The translations under genes and the position numbers were made by a program. This document shows positions 44,200-57,847 of a stretch of 64,000 bases of DNA, piece by piece. Positions within the stretch are counted from its first letter, which is position 1. Each line of letters opens with the position of its first letter. Under the pieces are notes generated by a model, which saw only the letters and a program-made list of their open reading frames with translations, was not told where the DNA came from and did no database searches. This DNA is from Rebecca billardiae RCC1528 (taxonomy: Eukaryota > Protista > Haptophyta), in contig OZ251254.1 of assembly GCA_965240325.2 (NCBI GenBank), positions 372,001 through 436,000 of the forward strand. Direction: 5' to 3'.

Positions 44200-45633
44200 G
44201 AGCCGGACTCCCTCAGAGGGCCCGTGCCGGACGGTGCAGGCCATTGGCCTCTGATGGAGCCGGCGGCGCAGGGCACGCGGCCGCTGGGGGCGCTCGGGGC
44301 CTGCACGTCGGCCATGTACACCAGGTGGGTGCACGCGCGCGCTCGAGGCGTCGGGGCGGGCTCGCGCTGCGCGGCGGCCGGGCGCGCGCGGGACGGGGCC
44401 GCGCCGCGCGCGCGTCGCCGCGCGGCACTCTCTCCGCCAAGCAGCGAGCAGCACCGGACGCGAGGTGGCTTATCGCCTGGGCCCACAGAGCCGCTGCTGG
44501 CCATGTGGCCGGCTGCGGCTCGACGCGAGTGGGTGCGGGTTTAAAGGCCTCGCCACAGCATGCACGCACCGATGCGGCGAGCCGGGATTTGAGGCTGGCG
44601 GCGGCGCAGCGTGCCGCCAGCCCTGAACGCCGGCGCGACAGCTTACGCTAATGTACGCACGGCACCTGCTAGGGCGCGCGGCCGGGCGCGCCGGGCGCGC
44701 GGGCACCCCCGACAGCCCCCCCGTGCCGCCAGCAGGCACAGGCACTTCACGCTGACGGCCTGCTACTGACGCCCTAGCGTGTCGCGCCGCTGACGCCGCC
44801 GCCACTCACGCCGAGCAGGCCGCGCCCGGCACTCCGCCGGGGTCAATCGGCAGGTGGCCGCGCGCCGCTGCGGCCGCGCCGCATGCACCCGGTCGTATCC
44901 GCTGGCCGACTAGCACCGGTCCGGCGGACGGCCTCGGTCAGCCCACTGCCCCACTGGCACTCCGCAGTCAGTCACCAGGCGCTCCGCGCCAGACGGCCGC
45001 CACGCGGCCACTCGGATCAGTGATGAGTATTGAGTGAGACTGTGAGTGCCGATGTTGGCCGGCGCCGATCCGCCCCGATGGCGCCGTGACGGAGTCGTAC
45101 TCGACTGACTTGCTGCGGCCCGTGGCAGAGTATAATTGACAGGCGCGAGCGCTGACACATCAGCAGACAGAGCAGTTTATAATAGACTTTATAGTGTCGT
45201 GATGACCGTATAGTACTCCGGACTACTCCGCGGGCGCGCAGGCGGGTCGGATCGCGGCCACTCTGACTCACTTAAGTCGCCGGTCGTGTCGACCGCGCTC
45301 GGGCCCCGGCAACATCTGCCCGGCAGTGGCAACGCGGTGGCGCCAGCTCGTCGGCTCGCTGCTACTAGGCCTCGGTCTCAGAAGGTGCGATCACGTCGCT
45401 GGGGAGGCGGGGGACGTGGACCGCCCGACTCAAAGCGTCGACCAATCCGGCAACCGGCGACGTCTGGCCGTGGCACGGGCTTGGCGCCTTGCCGATGGCG
45501 CGTTCTGCTTTCAGCAGCTCCACGTTGACGGTCTACCACCACGCCGTGCGGATGGCAGAGGCACGCGTGCAGCGAGGAGTCGGCACCCTGAAGCAGATGA
45601 CGTCCGGGACGAGGCTGCGCCTGGTGCGCGCAC

Positions 45634-45825
45634 TCAGTGCTTGGCGCCGCCGCCCTTCTTGCCGTGCTTCTTCTCCTCGTGCGGCTCGCCCTTGCCTTTG
45701 GTGCTCTCGGCGCCGCCGCCCTTCTTGCCGTGCTTCTTCTCCTCATGCCGCTCGCCCTTGCCGTTGGTGCTCTCGGCGTTCTTGTCCCTGCCCTTGCCCT
45801 TGCCGGCGTCGCCCTTCTTCGGCAT
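45634..45825 (-). CDS. Small His/Lys/Gly/Glu-rich repeat peptide, paralog 1 (63 aa)
   Basis: MPKKGDAGKGKGRDK...GKGEPHEEKKHGKKGGGAKH; start context, stop and 3' flank conserved with paralog 2. Confidence 0.7.
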   Translation of the reverse strand: MPKKGDAGKGKGRDKNAESTNGKGERHEEKKHGKKGGGAESTKGKGEPHEEKKHGKKGGGAKH

Positions 45826-46231
45826 GAGTTGGTGGTGTGGTGGACGGGCGGTGCCGCTACTTTTCTCTGCGCTGGCTGCCTGGCTCCGACCAGGGCGGGC
45901 TCCCCTTGCTCGACCGAGGAGTGGCGCAGGGGAACAGAGGAATCCCAACCGAAAGACCTATGCCTAATACTTGTAGAAGGAAACACGAAGCCTGCGCTGA
46001 AACTTCATTCAACTTCGTGTCACACGTATTGTGACCAGGTGACATCATTCCTCGCCAGCCTTGCCACACAATTCGCCACTCGGCTGTTCCGGCACCAATC
46101 AAAGCTTGCAATCAAACTTTTGCACGTGACGAATTATTGGGTGCCTCCCGGGAGGCAAACCTCGGCTCTTCGTGACACCGCTTGTGCCGCCCCGACCCGC
46201 CCTCCCCCACTACTCCACCGCCGACCTCCTC

Positions 46232-46417
46232 ATGCCGAAGAGGGACCAGAACAAAGGCAAGGGCGAGCCGCATGCGGAGAAGAATCACGGCAAGGGCGAG
46301 CTGCACGAGGAGAAGAAGCACGGCAAGGGCGAGCCGCATGAGGAAAAGAAGCACGGCAAGGGCGAGCCACACGAGGAGAAGAAGCACGGCAAGAAGGGCG
46401 GCGGCGCCAAGCACTGA
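46232..46417 (+). CDS. Small His/Lys/Gly/Glu-rich repeat peptide, paralog 2 (61 aa)
   Basis: Four 11-aa units GKGE(P/L)H(A/E)EK(N/K)H with synonymous variation between units (CAT/CAC, GAA/GAG, CCG/CCA). Confidence 0.72.
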   Translation: MPKRDQNKGKGEPHAEKNHGKGELHEEKKHGKGEPHEEKKHGKGEPHEEKKHGKKGGGAKH

Positions 46418-47044
46418 GTGCGCCCACCAGGCGAAGCCTCGTCCCGAACGTCATCTGCTTCAGGGTGCCGACTCCTCGCTGTACGCGTGCCTCTGCCATC
46501 CGCACGGCGTGGTGGTAGACCGTCAACGTGGAGCCGCTGAAGCACTACTCACAAGCCAGCCATGCCTCTGTCCGGACTACCGCGCCTCCACTCTCCAGTC
46601 CTACCTGGCCGGCCAGACGAATCGACTCGGTCGCCCAGCCAGAACGGCCGCGGGCGTGGGCCGGGGTGGTGCGCGTGGCCGAGGGGGCAGACGTAAGATG
46701 ACACGAATGCGGACGACTGACGACGCCGCGGGCGCGATCGAATGCTGGTGGCGGCGCCATGTTCGCGTGCGCGTCGGGCCGGCCATGAACACGACCGCCG
46801 GCACGATCGGGAAGTTCTCGGCGCCGCGCGGTCCGAGTGGCGGAGTCCACGATGTGATGTCATGCGACTCACGTGGGCGGGTCCGAGCTCACATCAGCTG
46901 GCGCAGTCGGACTGATTCAGACGCGAGTGGCTCGACACTGACAAGTACCGACGAGTATCGGGCCGGGCCCGCGCTACACTGGTACGGTTCAGCGAGTAGT
47001 AGTTGCCAGACCGTGCCGGACCGCTAGCTAAGCTATACTCAGGA

Positions 47045-47203
<159 letters not shown>

Positions 47204-47483
47204 TCAATGACAATGATGCCGTAGGTGACGACGGGCCGGCGACGGCTAGCGTCCCGCGCTGTCAGATCGTCGCCGACCGGTGCCGGGCAGCCGGCGGCCC
47301 GGCCGGGGCCTCGCGGGCGGTAATAAACGCCGCGCAGCCGACTTTAGCTATACTGAAAGTACCGTGGCGGGTGTCACCGGCGCCCGGTCGCAGTCAGCAC
47401 GACTGCAAAGTGGCGCGCAGACGCGATATTAGCGCGCAGTACCGCTGCTCATGTAATTAAGCGCATATCAGCGTACTGCCGTA

Positions 47484-47773
<290 letters not shown>

Positions 47774-50116
47774 GCCTGCCTACGCTGTCGTGTGCGTCTC
47801 TTATTCTTAGTAGTAAACTGTATATATCGTCTACAGGGTCCGCCCAACAATTTCAGTTCGGACACTGATTATTTATTTGCTGATGATGACTAATAAGCTA
47901 CTTCTGCTGACGATGAGATGGGTCAGAGGCTCACAAGTCACAGTAACGCCATGGACCTTACTCCTGAGCTCGGATGACGACAGGAAGTGATTGCAGCGAG
48001 CAGCGGCGCGCTCCGTGCGTGTGGCCAGTTCTGGCTAGTGGATGTACAGCTCAACCGACTTGCGGCCTTGTCACTGAACAGGTCCACGGAGCCCCCGTAA
48101 GTGGCATGCATGCTACTGCTGAAATTCGTATCTGGCGCACGGCCTTGCAAGTTGCATTTGACGGCGGGCGGGTTGGTGCGCGCATTGGTGGGCCTCCAAG
48201 GTTCGCTGCGGGTACGTGGTAGTGGCGCCGAGTGTAGTACTGACTGACGGTGTAGCCCTTGCTGCCTGCACGGCCAGAGCCACGACGATCGACTGGCTCA
48301 GTGCGGCAGCTGATGAGTGATGTGCATGCACTGATAAAGAGATCATCGAGGTGTGCATTTTGTCCGACCCTGCCGGCTTATGCTACTAGTGGCCGAGTAT
48401 CGGTACAGATATGCTGCGGCGCAGAAGCTGACCACACGGCTGCTTCATGGCCCTCACGACCGCCAGCCTTGTGCCGACTCACGCCGACTGTCCGAAGGAC
48501 CCAGAGGGGTGCTCAACGCGAGGGGTGCTCAACGCGACGAGCTATATCTGCCGCCCGCGGCTATGCGCGGTCTCAGATAGACCGCCCGATGAGATGCACT
48601 CACCGGTCCACGCCGACTGCCCGTGTGAGCTGGCCGCTCCTCGGCCCCGCGCGGCGCGCGCAAGGCGGAGCAGGTCACAAGTGCCAGCTACGGGCCTGTA
48701 CGGCTGAGCTGCTGCCCAATAATATATATATATATGTATATATAGTGTCGTCCGATCCAGCGGGCGAAGCGCACCCTGGACGACGCCGCAGCGCCAGCCG
48801 CCGCCAGCCAGCCAGCTATGGCTCGAGCGGCAAGCGCGTCCGCGACAGCGCCCGGGGAGCAGCACGGGGCAGGCTCGACCAGCTGCTACAAGCGGCCGAG
48901 ACTGCCAGCTGACATCCGCCGGACCTGCACTTTCGCCCTCGCTCGGGGCACAGCAGGTCCATGCGAGCCGCGCAGCGCGGGTGGCGGATCGCGCTTCAGC
49001 ATCAGCTCAAGGCCGCGCTGAAGCTTTATACTATCGCGGTGCAGGCTATGCAGTCAGCCACCAACGCGCGCCAGCTTCGTGTCGACGATCCGGGCGGGCA
49101 ATGCATGCCGCCGACGACGAATCAGTGATGAGACCCGCGTCCGCGGTCCTACCGCCTGAGTCCCAGAGTGTGTGAATTTGAAATCGCAGCATATACGCAT
49201 ATATAGCTAGCGACGAATGATGACGACATTATGGCCCGCGGTGCAGGGCGGAGCGCGCAGCGTGGAGCCCGCACCAGCGGGCCCGAACCACGTTTCAAAA
49301 AGATCTTTGATCAAGAAAAAAGGGACGGGGGGCGGCGGGAAAAAAGGGACGGGGGGCGATTTTTAGGGCTGGCGGAGACCGAGTTTCGAGTTTTTGAGAT
49401 CGCATAGAGAGGTCTATTAGGCCGAAAAAGAGCGCGCCCAGCTGATTCCCTTCAGTAAAGTGCGATCTGGACGTCAGCTGGACGTGACATTAGTGTAACG
49501 GTTCGTTACGAGCGAATCGTACTCGTCTTCCCGGGTCGCGTGACGTCCGGACTGGGCCACATCCGGATCGTCGGAGGTGACGTGCCCCGGCACGATGGGC
49601 GATGGCGGATATGCGGGACGGCGCCTGCACGTGCCTCCGGACCCGCCTCCCGCTTGCTGCTCACGCAGTCAGCTGCGACCGTGGCGCATGATCGCAGAAG
49701 CAGTGCCGGCAGTACGGCCTGCATCAGCTAGTGCCGCGCCGTCGTGGCGCGCGCGGTACGGTTGCGCGTTTGCAGCGCTCGCCGCCGTCGGCGACGGCAC
49801 GCGCGTGCGGCTCAGGTGTGTCAAATGCGGTCTCGTCGGCGCGCTTTCGCCTGCCACCTCGTGCACCCGTGCCGCCAGTTTCATCGTCTTCATGAGGACT
49901 GCTGCTGCTGTCGCCATCCGCTCTCCATCACCCCGAGTCGCCGGTCGCGCGGCGCGCGCGGTAGGCACTAGGCAGGGCGTACGGTCACTCACCCGTGCAA
50001 CGGGTCAAGTGGCCAGAGTACGTCTGGTCGTTGGCTGGCACGGGCCGCAGCGCTAAAGCACCCTGCTGTCACACCCGACTCCTTCAGTACTCCGAGCTCC
50101 GCGGCACGACTCACTC

Positions 50117-50268
50117 GGCACGATCGCGGACGGGTCGGATCCGAGCTGATCAGCCAGAGTTGGACCGACAGTTTGGCAGCTACTAGTAGTAATTCCGATG
50201 CCGATGGCACGATCGCGGACGGGTCGGATCCGAGCTGATCAGCCAGTTGGACATTTGGCAGCTAGTTG
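50117..50268 (+). repeat. Direct repeat pair with a 41-bp identical core (starts 50117 and 50206)
   Basis: GGCACGATCGCGGACGGGTCGGATCCGAGCTGATCAGCCAG occurs twice. Confidence 0.9.
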
Positions 50269-50520
50269 TCAGACGGACGTCCGATTTGACGACCGGTGCC
50301 GGGTGCGGTCTCAGGTCCGCTGCTGTGATTGTGTGAAGTGTGAATGAGTCTCGCGGTCGCGCAGGCAGGGCGACGGTCGGACTAATATAGCTTCAGTCAT
50401 CTCAGAACCGACTTCAACTGGCGAACTGCCACTACGGCGGAGAGCCGCGATTGCACGGCCACCGCGGGCCCTCAACTGCGTTGATTCTATGCAGAAAAGG
50501 ACCGCGGAACGCGGTCATAT

Positions 50521-51008
50521 ATTAACGACGTGGTATGCAACGGGCAGGCGTCAGAGTCAGCAAGCTGTAGCAGCAGATCGAGCAGCAGAGACAAACACCA
50601 GGATCAGCGCTCCTCGCCGTCGTCCCCCCCCCTCATAGTCGCCCATCACTCCATCGCCGAGCGGAAGCTCGACGCACCGTCTGGCGTCGACGCGCACGCG
50701 CCACCGCGGTGGTCGCGGTGCCACGCGTCGTCAGCCGTCGTCTCGAAGTAGTCGTCGTATGCAGCGCCCCCGCGGGCGCGTGCCCCCGGGCGCACGTGCG
50801 CCATGCGCGCGCGGGCGATGAGCATCTTGGCCTGGCCACGCAGGCAGCGCATGCCCAGCTCGCGCCGCATGGTGCCGAGCAGCGCGCGCTCGGCGGCGGG
50901 GCGCGAGGGCGCGCTGAGGCGCGCGCGCCACGTGTCCCGCCCCATCTTGGCGATCTTCTTGAGGGTGAGGTCCACCAATCCGCGCTCCACTCGCCGAACG
51001 CCCCCACT
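50521..51008 (-). mobile_element. Probable 5'-truncated non-LTR retrotransposon relic (C-terminus of a restriction-like endonuclease plus 3' UTR)
   Basis: Frameshifted VGAFGEWS/GLVDL...MRRELGMRCLRGQAKMLIAR resembles RLE-type ORF ends; AT-rich flanks; ends CCACGTCGTTAAT. Confidence 0.5.
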
Positions 51009-51259
51009 ATAATAATATATACAATTAAAATAATATATATATAATAATAATAATAGAATGCTGATGGAGACCGGCCGCGTATATCATCATATCAGCATCA
51101 GTAGCGCGTATCATCCGGCCATCATGCATGCAGTGGCATGCGCAGCAGCTGCTACTTCTCAGATAGCGCAGTCCGCGCCGCGCCGCCGCCGGCCCGTCAC
51201 CGTGGGCGCCGCCGGCCGGGCCGGACGTGACAGAGCACAGGCGGCGGCGACCATCGTCG

Positions 51260-54200
51260 TCACGTACGCAGGGCCTCGTCCTCGAGCGCCGACCGTCGCG
51301 CGGCGCCGGCTGCTGCTGCCAAGTTGGCCGCTGCGTCGTCCGCCGCTGCGTGCGGCACGTGCCGCTCTGGCGGCGTTGGACGGCGCGCGCCGCCGTGGGC
51401 CGCGCCGATGCCGTCCGGCGCGCGCGCGTCGCCGGCAGCGCGGCTGATTGGTGGCGGAGCCGTCGGGGCCGTCGGGACCGACCGAGACGGGCACGCGGCC
51501 GCGTGCAGCCTCGCGAGGAGGCTAGCACCGCCGGTGGGCGCCGCCGCGGCGCCTGGCGCGCTTCCGGCGTGCGCGGTGTGACTGCGCGGCCTGGGCGGCG
51601 CGGCCGCGCCGAGCACTGGGCCTCGGAGTGCGGCGGGCGGCGCGCCGCCGCTGCCGCCATCCCAGCCGTTGCCGCCGCCGCCGCGTTGCCACGGCGGCGG
51701 GAGCGCGAACCGCCCTCCCGTCGGCGCGGCGGCGGCGGCGCGATCTCCCTTGGCGAGATCGAGCTCGCTGAAGCTGAAGGCTGCGCAGCCGTCCTCCAAA
51801 GCGAGGGGCGAGGAGGGAAGCCGTCGGTTGGAGGCAATGGCGGCGGTGCTGCCGCCGCCGCCGAACACGCGCGGCCGGCGCGGCGGCGGGACCGAGGAGG
51901 AGCGAGGCTCGCCCAGCCCAGCGCGCAGCGCAGCCGCCGGCTGCTGCGCGCCGCCACCCTCGCCGCCGCCGGTGCCGAGGGCGGTCCAGGTGTCCGCGCC
52001 GCCGGCCGCTCGGCTCAGCAGCTCGGGCGCATGCGAGCCGCGCCGCGAGCCCACGCCGCCGCGCTCGGCGCCGCCGCGCGCGCCCACGCCCGGCCCGCCC
52101 TTGCCGACGCTACCGCCGGCCGCGTCGGCGACGTCGCCGGCCCCGCGGCCGTGCGCGCCGGCGGCGGCGGCGGTGAGCGGCCCTCCTGCCGCCGCGCGCC
52201 GTGCGGCGCGCGCGGCTCCGTTCGACTCTGGGGGCGATCGTCTCGGCGAGGGCAGCTGCGAGGCGACGGTGGAGGGCTGGTGAGAGGGCGCGAGGGAGGC
52301 CGTGCTGACAGAGAGCACCGACCAGCCGTCCGCCGCCTCCGCCTCCGCCTCCGCCGCCTCCGCCCCCGCCAGGCCGGGCGGCACCGAGCCGTTGCAGACA
52401 GCGGCCGTCGGCGCAGCCGCGCGCGTCGAAACCCGGACCCCAGCGCCCGCTGCTGCGGCGGGCTGCGCGGCGGGCTGCGCGCGCGCGCGCGCCGGTGGCG
52501 AAGCGCCGTGGCCCGCCGCCGGCTGCGCCTCGAGGGGCGTAAGCGGCGGCGGGCAGGCGGTAGGGTCCGGCGGGGCAGGGCCCGGCGTGTGCGGCGGCGG
52601 CCCAGACTCGAGAGGCGTGGGCGGCGGCGGCGGGAGAGCCTGGTGCTGAGGCTCGCACGCGCAGCCGCGAACCGGTGTCGCGCACGGCGCGGCGAGCGGC
52701 GGCGCGGGCGGCGGCTCGGCCGCGCCGCCGCGCGCCGCCGCGCCCCGCCTGGTCAGAGGCGAGTACGAGGCGGAGCGACCGATCGCGCCAGCGCCGGCTG
52801 TGCCAATGCCAGCGGCGCGGGAAGGGCGGCCTCCGACCGACCCGCCGCGCGATGCGGAGGGCGCCGCCGAATGCGTTGCGAACTCAGGCGAGCTCCGGCC
52901 GCTGCTCGGACTGTGCTGCGGCTGCGGCGAGCCCGCGCGCGCGGCGCACCGCCCGCCTTGCCCCTGCCACTGATGCCACGGCGCGCCGCCGCCGCCGCCA
53001 CCCGCGTCCGCGCAGCCGCACGCGCCGGCAGTGCCGCCGGCAGCGGAGCTCGCCGCGATTGCGGCGCCGGTGGCGCCGCCGCCGCCGCCGCCGGCTCCGG
53101 CTTGCCAGTGATCGACCGCTCCGCCCAGCTGCGCGCGCTCGAACGCGACGAGCGACGAGCGGATGCCGCCGTGCGCGCCGAAGCCCGTGCTTCGGCGCGC
53201 GAGGGACGCAAGGCCGCCGATCGCGCCGGCGCGCGCCGCGCCCGCCGCCGGGGTTGCCGGTCGCGAGCCGCCGCCGTCTGCTGCGGTTCGCGCGCTCATG
53301 CGCCGAGAGCGGCGATGGGGCGCGCGCGGGGTGGCGCCCACGGATTGGCGGCACGCGCCGTCGGGCGACGGCAGGGCGAGCGCGCCAGATGTGCCGACGG
53401 CCGCGCGGCCGGTGCCCACCGTGCCCCAGCCCGCCTCCGGCGGCGCGGCGGCGCCATCGCCCTGGCGCGCGAGGGAGTCTGAAGAACGCACGTGGAGATT
53501 TGGGCTGGCTGCATCCACCGCCTCCGCCGCGCCCGCGCAGCCGCACGGCTGATGCGCGCCCGCCACGTCCGCCGCGTCGGCGAGCATGCTTGCCCGCCGT
53601 GACTCTGCGCCCAGGGACTGCACGTCGAGCGAGTGGCGGCGCCAGCCAAGCCGCCCGCCGCCGTCCGCGCCGCCGCCGCCGTCCGCGCCGCCGCCGCCGC
53701 CGCCGTCCGCGCCGTCCGCCGGGGCGCAGGCGCCGCTGCCTCGGCAGTCGGTCGCGCGCCGGCTGGCGAAGCGGCTGTGCTTCGGCGCGGTGTGCGGCGA
53801 GAGCGCGCCTCTCGACAGCCGCCCGAGAAGCGAGGGCGAGCACGACGACGCCTCGCCGCGCGCCGCCGTGTCCGCGCCGCCCTCGCCGCCGCAGCCTCCA
53901 TCCCCGCCGCGCCGGGGCGCGCCGAGGTGAGAAGGGTGGGCCGACTCGGCCGCGCCCGCGCGCGTGCACCGCGCATCCTCCGCCTCGCCCGCCGCCGCGC
54001 CGTGCGACGAGCGCGCGCGCGGCGCGCCCCGCCCGTGCCACGCGGACGGGTGCGCCGGACTGCCCAGCACCGGACTGCCAAACACGTGCCGAGCGCGCCG
54101 GAGCGCCGCGCCGCCGGCGCGCGCGGACGGCCGCGGCGGCGAGTCTGGAAGATCGACGCCCAAGGCGCGCGCGGCGCTGCTGTGTGGGAGCGCCTCGTCG

Positions 54201-56477
54201 CGCGGCTCCGCGCCGCGCGCGCCGAGGCCGCTGCCGCCGCCCACCGCCGACGAGCCCTCGCCCGCTGCGCCACCCCGAGCGCCGCCGAGGCCGCTGCCGA
54301 AGCCGCCGCCGCCGCCGCCCAGACCGCCCGGCCTGACAGGCGGCGACGGCGCGGCCGTGAAATCGTCAGCAGCCTCTTCGCTCTCGTCGCTCTCGTCGCC
54401 CAGCCGCTCGGCGGCGGTTGGCCGGCTGACGACGAGCGCGGGCGCGCACAGCCACGGCGCGCGCAGCTCGGCCGCGCTCGCGCTGCGCGCGCACCCGCGC
54501 CCGAGCCCGCCCGCCTCGATTGGCGGCGGCGCGCGCGCCGGTGGCTTCTTCGGAGACACGCGCGCCGAGCGCCGCGCCGCGGGGCAGCCGGCGGCTGCGC
54601 CGCGGCCCGGCTGGGCGTCGGCCGGGGACAGGAGCGCGTCCGCGCCGCCCAGGCTGGCGGTGCTCCCGCCGCCGCTCCCCACGCCCGGCGAGTTTGCCCT
54701 GCGCTCGCGCCAGCTGAAGCGCTCGTGGCACGTGACGGAGCGCGGCTGCCGCCTATCCGCCGCACACGCAGCCGCGCCGCCCGCGAGCCGACAGGACGCG
54801 CGCGGCGAGCCCAGCGGCGAGACGACGGTTGACTTGGGCCGGCCCGCGTGCGGGAAGTAGTAGTCGATCTCGGCCATGATCTCGTCGAGCTCCTCCAGGT
54901 CGGCCTCCAGGTGGTCCAGCTCGTCCGTCGTGAGCGCCTTGGGCGTGAGCTGCGGCAGCCATCGCACCGGGCCCTCGCCGTGCGCGAACGCCGGCGGCGG
55001 CGCGCCGACCGTGTCGGGCGGCGGCGGCGGCTTGCCGTCGCGCCGCAGGGTGCGCCAGTAGAGCCAGCTGGCGTCGGCGTCTCGGGAGGAGACGGCCGCG
55101 ACGCGGTCGGCGGTGCCCGGCGGGTGGTTGTGCAGCCACAGCGCCTTGTCGTGGTTGTACCACAGCAAGAAGACCGGCGCCCACTGTGGGAACCAGAGGA
55201 GCAGACTCCACAGCTTAATCAGAACGGTCGTGTACCCGAGCTCGATGCGGCTGAGGCCCTCGACGGGCGCGCCGAGCACGAGCTCGGCGATGCCGAGGCC
55301 GACCCAGACGGCGTTGAGCACGGTGACGATCAGCAGCGTGACGTGCCCCGAGCGCTGCACGTACCGCCGCTTGCGCTCGCCCCGCTCGGAGCCGTCGTAC
55401 TGAACGCACGCGCACACCGCCACCACCCGGATTAGGATTTCGTACGGGATCACGATCAGCGCGAGGATGGTGAAGCGCACCGCCCAGTGCTGCCGGCGGA
55501 TTGAGCCGAACTGCATGACCGTCGTGAGGAAGAAGGCCTGCGCGCGGGCCGGGGCGGCGCGGCGGCGCAGGGGCTCAGGCGTGCGCGCGCGCGCAGTGTC
55601 GGTCGGCATATCCGCGCGCCGCCGGCGCGACACAGGTGGGCCGGGCCCGCCAGCCGCAGCGCCGCGCGCAGTCCGCCGGCCCCACGCCGCGCGCGTGCGC
55701 GCGCGCGTGGCGGGGCCGCGTCGGCTCGGCCACGGCACCGCCGTGCGCCCGCGCGCGCGCGCACACCCAGCAGAAGGAGCAGAACAAGATGACCGCGCGC
55801 TCCGGTTTGGTGAAGGGGTGCAGCGGGTGCGCGCACGCGATCGAGATGAGCGGGTGGCGGTTGAGGCAGTACGCGACGTAGTTGGACCAGAGGCTGCCGT
55901 CGGTGCCGGGGTACCCGTACGAGCGGTTCTCGAGCAGCAGGAACATCGTGTCCCGGTCGCGCTGCCGCTGCTCGACAGCAAGCCCTTCGAGTCGAAAATG
56001 AATCCGCATGGCCTGGTTCGCGAAGAGGTCGGCGGACGAGTCAGCGGGCGCGGGCGGGAGCGTCGACTCGGACGAGGTCGTGCGCAGCTTGGGCGGCGGC
56101 AGCATCGGCGTCGGCGAGCCCAGCCGGCGCAGCCCGCCAATGTCGCCCAGCGCCAGGCTGTGGCGCTTCTTGATCGGCCGAAAGCCGACGTGCTCGCCGC
56201 GCTCCGCGCGCTCGTCCGCGCTCTCGAGCGAGGGCGAGTCGGCGGGCATCCCCCAGCCCGGCGGCCGCGCCCCCGCCCGAGCCCCACCGGGCACGTCCAC
56301 GCTGAGGCCCTCAAGCTCGATCCCGCCCGGCGGCGCCGTGCGGCGCGCCTGCAGCCGAGGCTCGCTCACGCGCAGCAGCTCGGCCGTGCATGGGCTGTCG
56401 GGCAGCGGCGAGGCGAGGCGGGTGGGCGGGCCCACCCCGCGGCAGGCGCCACCGCCGACGGGCTCGCCGCCGGCCAT
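51260..56477 (-). CDS. Multi-pass membrane protein with a very long disordered C-terminal tail; exons 56477-55767 and 55537-51260
   Basis: HPLISIACAHPLHPFTKPERAVILFCSFCW|AFFL joined by a phase-0 GT-AG intron; ~4 hydrophobic helices, then a Gly/Ala/Pro/Ser-rich tail. Confidence 0.7.
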
Positions 56478-56714
56478 GTGACGGCCCGCGCGCCGTGGGG
56501 GTCCGGCCGTCAGCGAGCGCGCGACGCCCACCACCCGCCGTGCGGTGCCGCACCGCTTCGCGCGCTCGACGGTCTGGAGCGCCGGCCGGAAACATTATTC
56601 GTAGATTCCGCGGCCTCTTGTCAGAGGCTCTGAGCCCTGTGTCTCGGGCCTTTTTATTGGCTTTTTCAGACTCCTCACTCCTGTCTTCACCCGGCCGCAG
56701 ATCGCGTCGCCACG

Positions 56715-57011
56715 ATGGCGGAGGAACCGCGGCCCACGTCGAAGCGCATGTACTTCTGGCACGAGGGGAAGCGCTATCTCGACGTGTGGGCGATGGACGG
56801 CAAGCCCTTCCCCGCCGAGCGCACGATGAACCGCGTGAACGGCCTCAAGTGGATCCTCACCTACTCCCTGGCCGCGTATTGCGTCTTTTCGTACGACTGG
56901 CAGATGGGCGAGGAGCACGTCTTCTCCGAGCCGCGCCGCCGTGCGGCGGCGTGGATGGCGCGCTTCTTCGACGTGCCGCCGAGGCCGGAACGAGGGGCGC
57001 CCGATGCCTGA
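56715..57011 (+). CDS. Small single-TM protein (98 aa), possibly mitochondrial
   Basis: High-complexity ORF with strong GC3 bias; TM helix followed by DWQMGEEHVFSEPRR. Confidence 0.7.
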   Translation: MAEEPRPTSKRMYFWHEGKRYLDVWAMDGKPFPAERTMNRVNGLKWILTYSLAAYCVFSYDWQMGEEHVFSEPRRRAAAWMARFFDVPPRPERGAPDA

Positions 57012-57847
57012 CCGCGCTTGCATGGGCCGCGCCCGTGCCTCCCGATCACAGCCGCAGCGGGCTGTCCTGACACACGGTTTACTCCGACCGCGACAGTGAG
57101 TGAGTCACACTCACAGTGACGAGTCGGAGTGACGGGCTCATGACTGCGCCGTCTGCAGACACCGTGATCGTCGATCAATATTGAAAAATATATAATATAT
57201 GTGTGTATATATATATACATATATATTTAACGACGTGGCAGCAGAGTCGGACACTAGCGTCGTCAGGCTCAGACTAGTCAGAGTGCAATTTTCAGACACA
57301 TAGTAGAATGCGTCCGCGCCTTCCGTCATATATATATATATATATACCTATATATCTGAATAATACTGATGGGCCGCGTGGCCAATTCCCGCGCGTCGAT
57401 CGTCGCCGGCGGCGCGCGTGGCGTCGAGTAGTCGCCCTCGTCGTCGTCATGGCGTCACGTGATCGTCGACGAATGTGACGCGTGTCGTCGGCCGGTCGGC
57501 CGGTCTGACGGTCACACCGCACACGGCGCCCGGCCGCAGGCGCAGGACGGGGACCAGCCGGGCGGCCGGCCCGTCCCCGGCGCGTCCGCCCTTCCGCCGG
57601 GCGGAATCTGTCAGCCCGTCGCCGCCGGCGCGAGTTACACATATCACTGTCAGCGTCCGCGCGGGCCGCTCGGCGGCCGCCGGGGCGGCCCGCGCCGCGC
57701 TGCCGCCGCCGCATCAATCAAAGCCGCCGACCAGACCATGCCTCGGGGGCCTCGGCATCACCCCGGGGCGGGCCGGGCTCCGTTCCGCGGTCGGCCGAGT
57801 GAACCGAGTGGTGACGAGTAGCCGCGCGCGGGTACGCGGCGCCTAGC

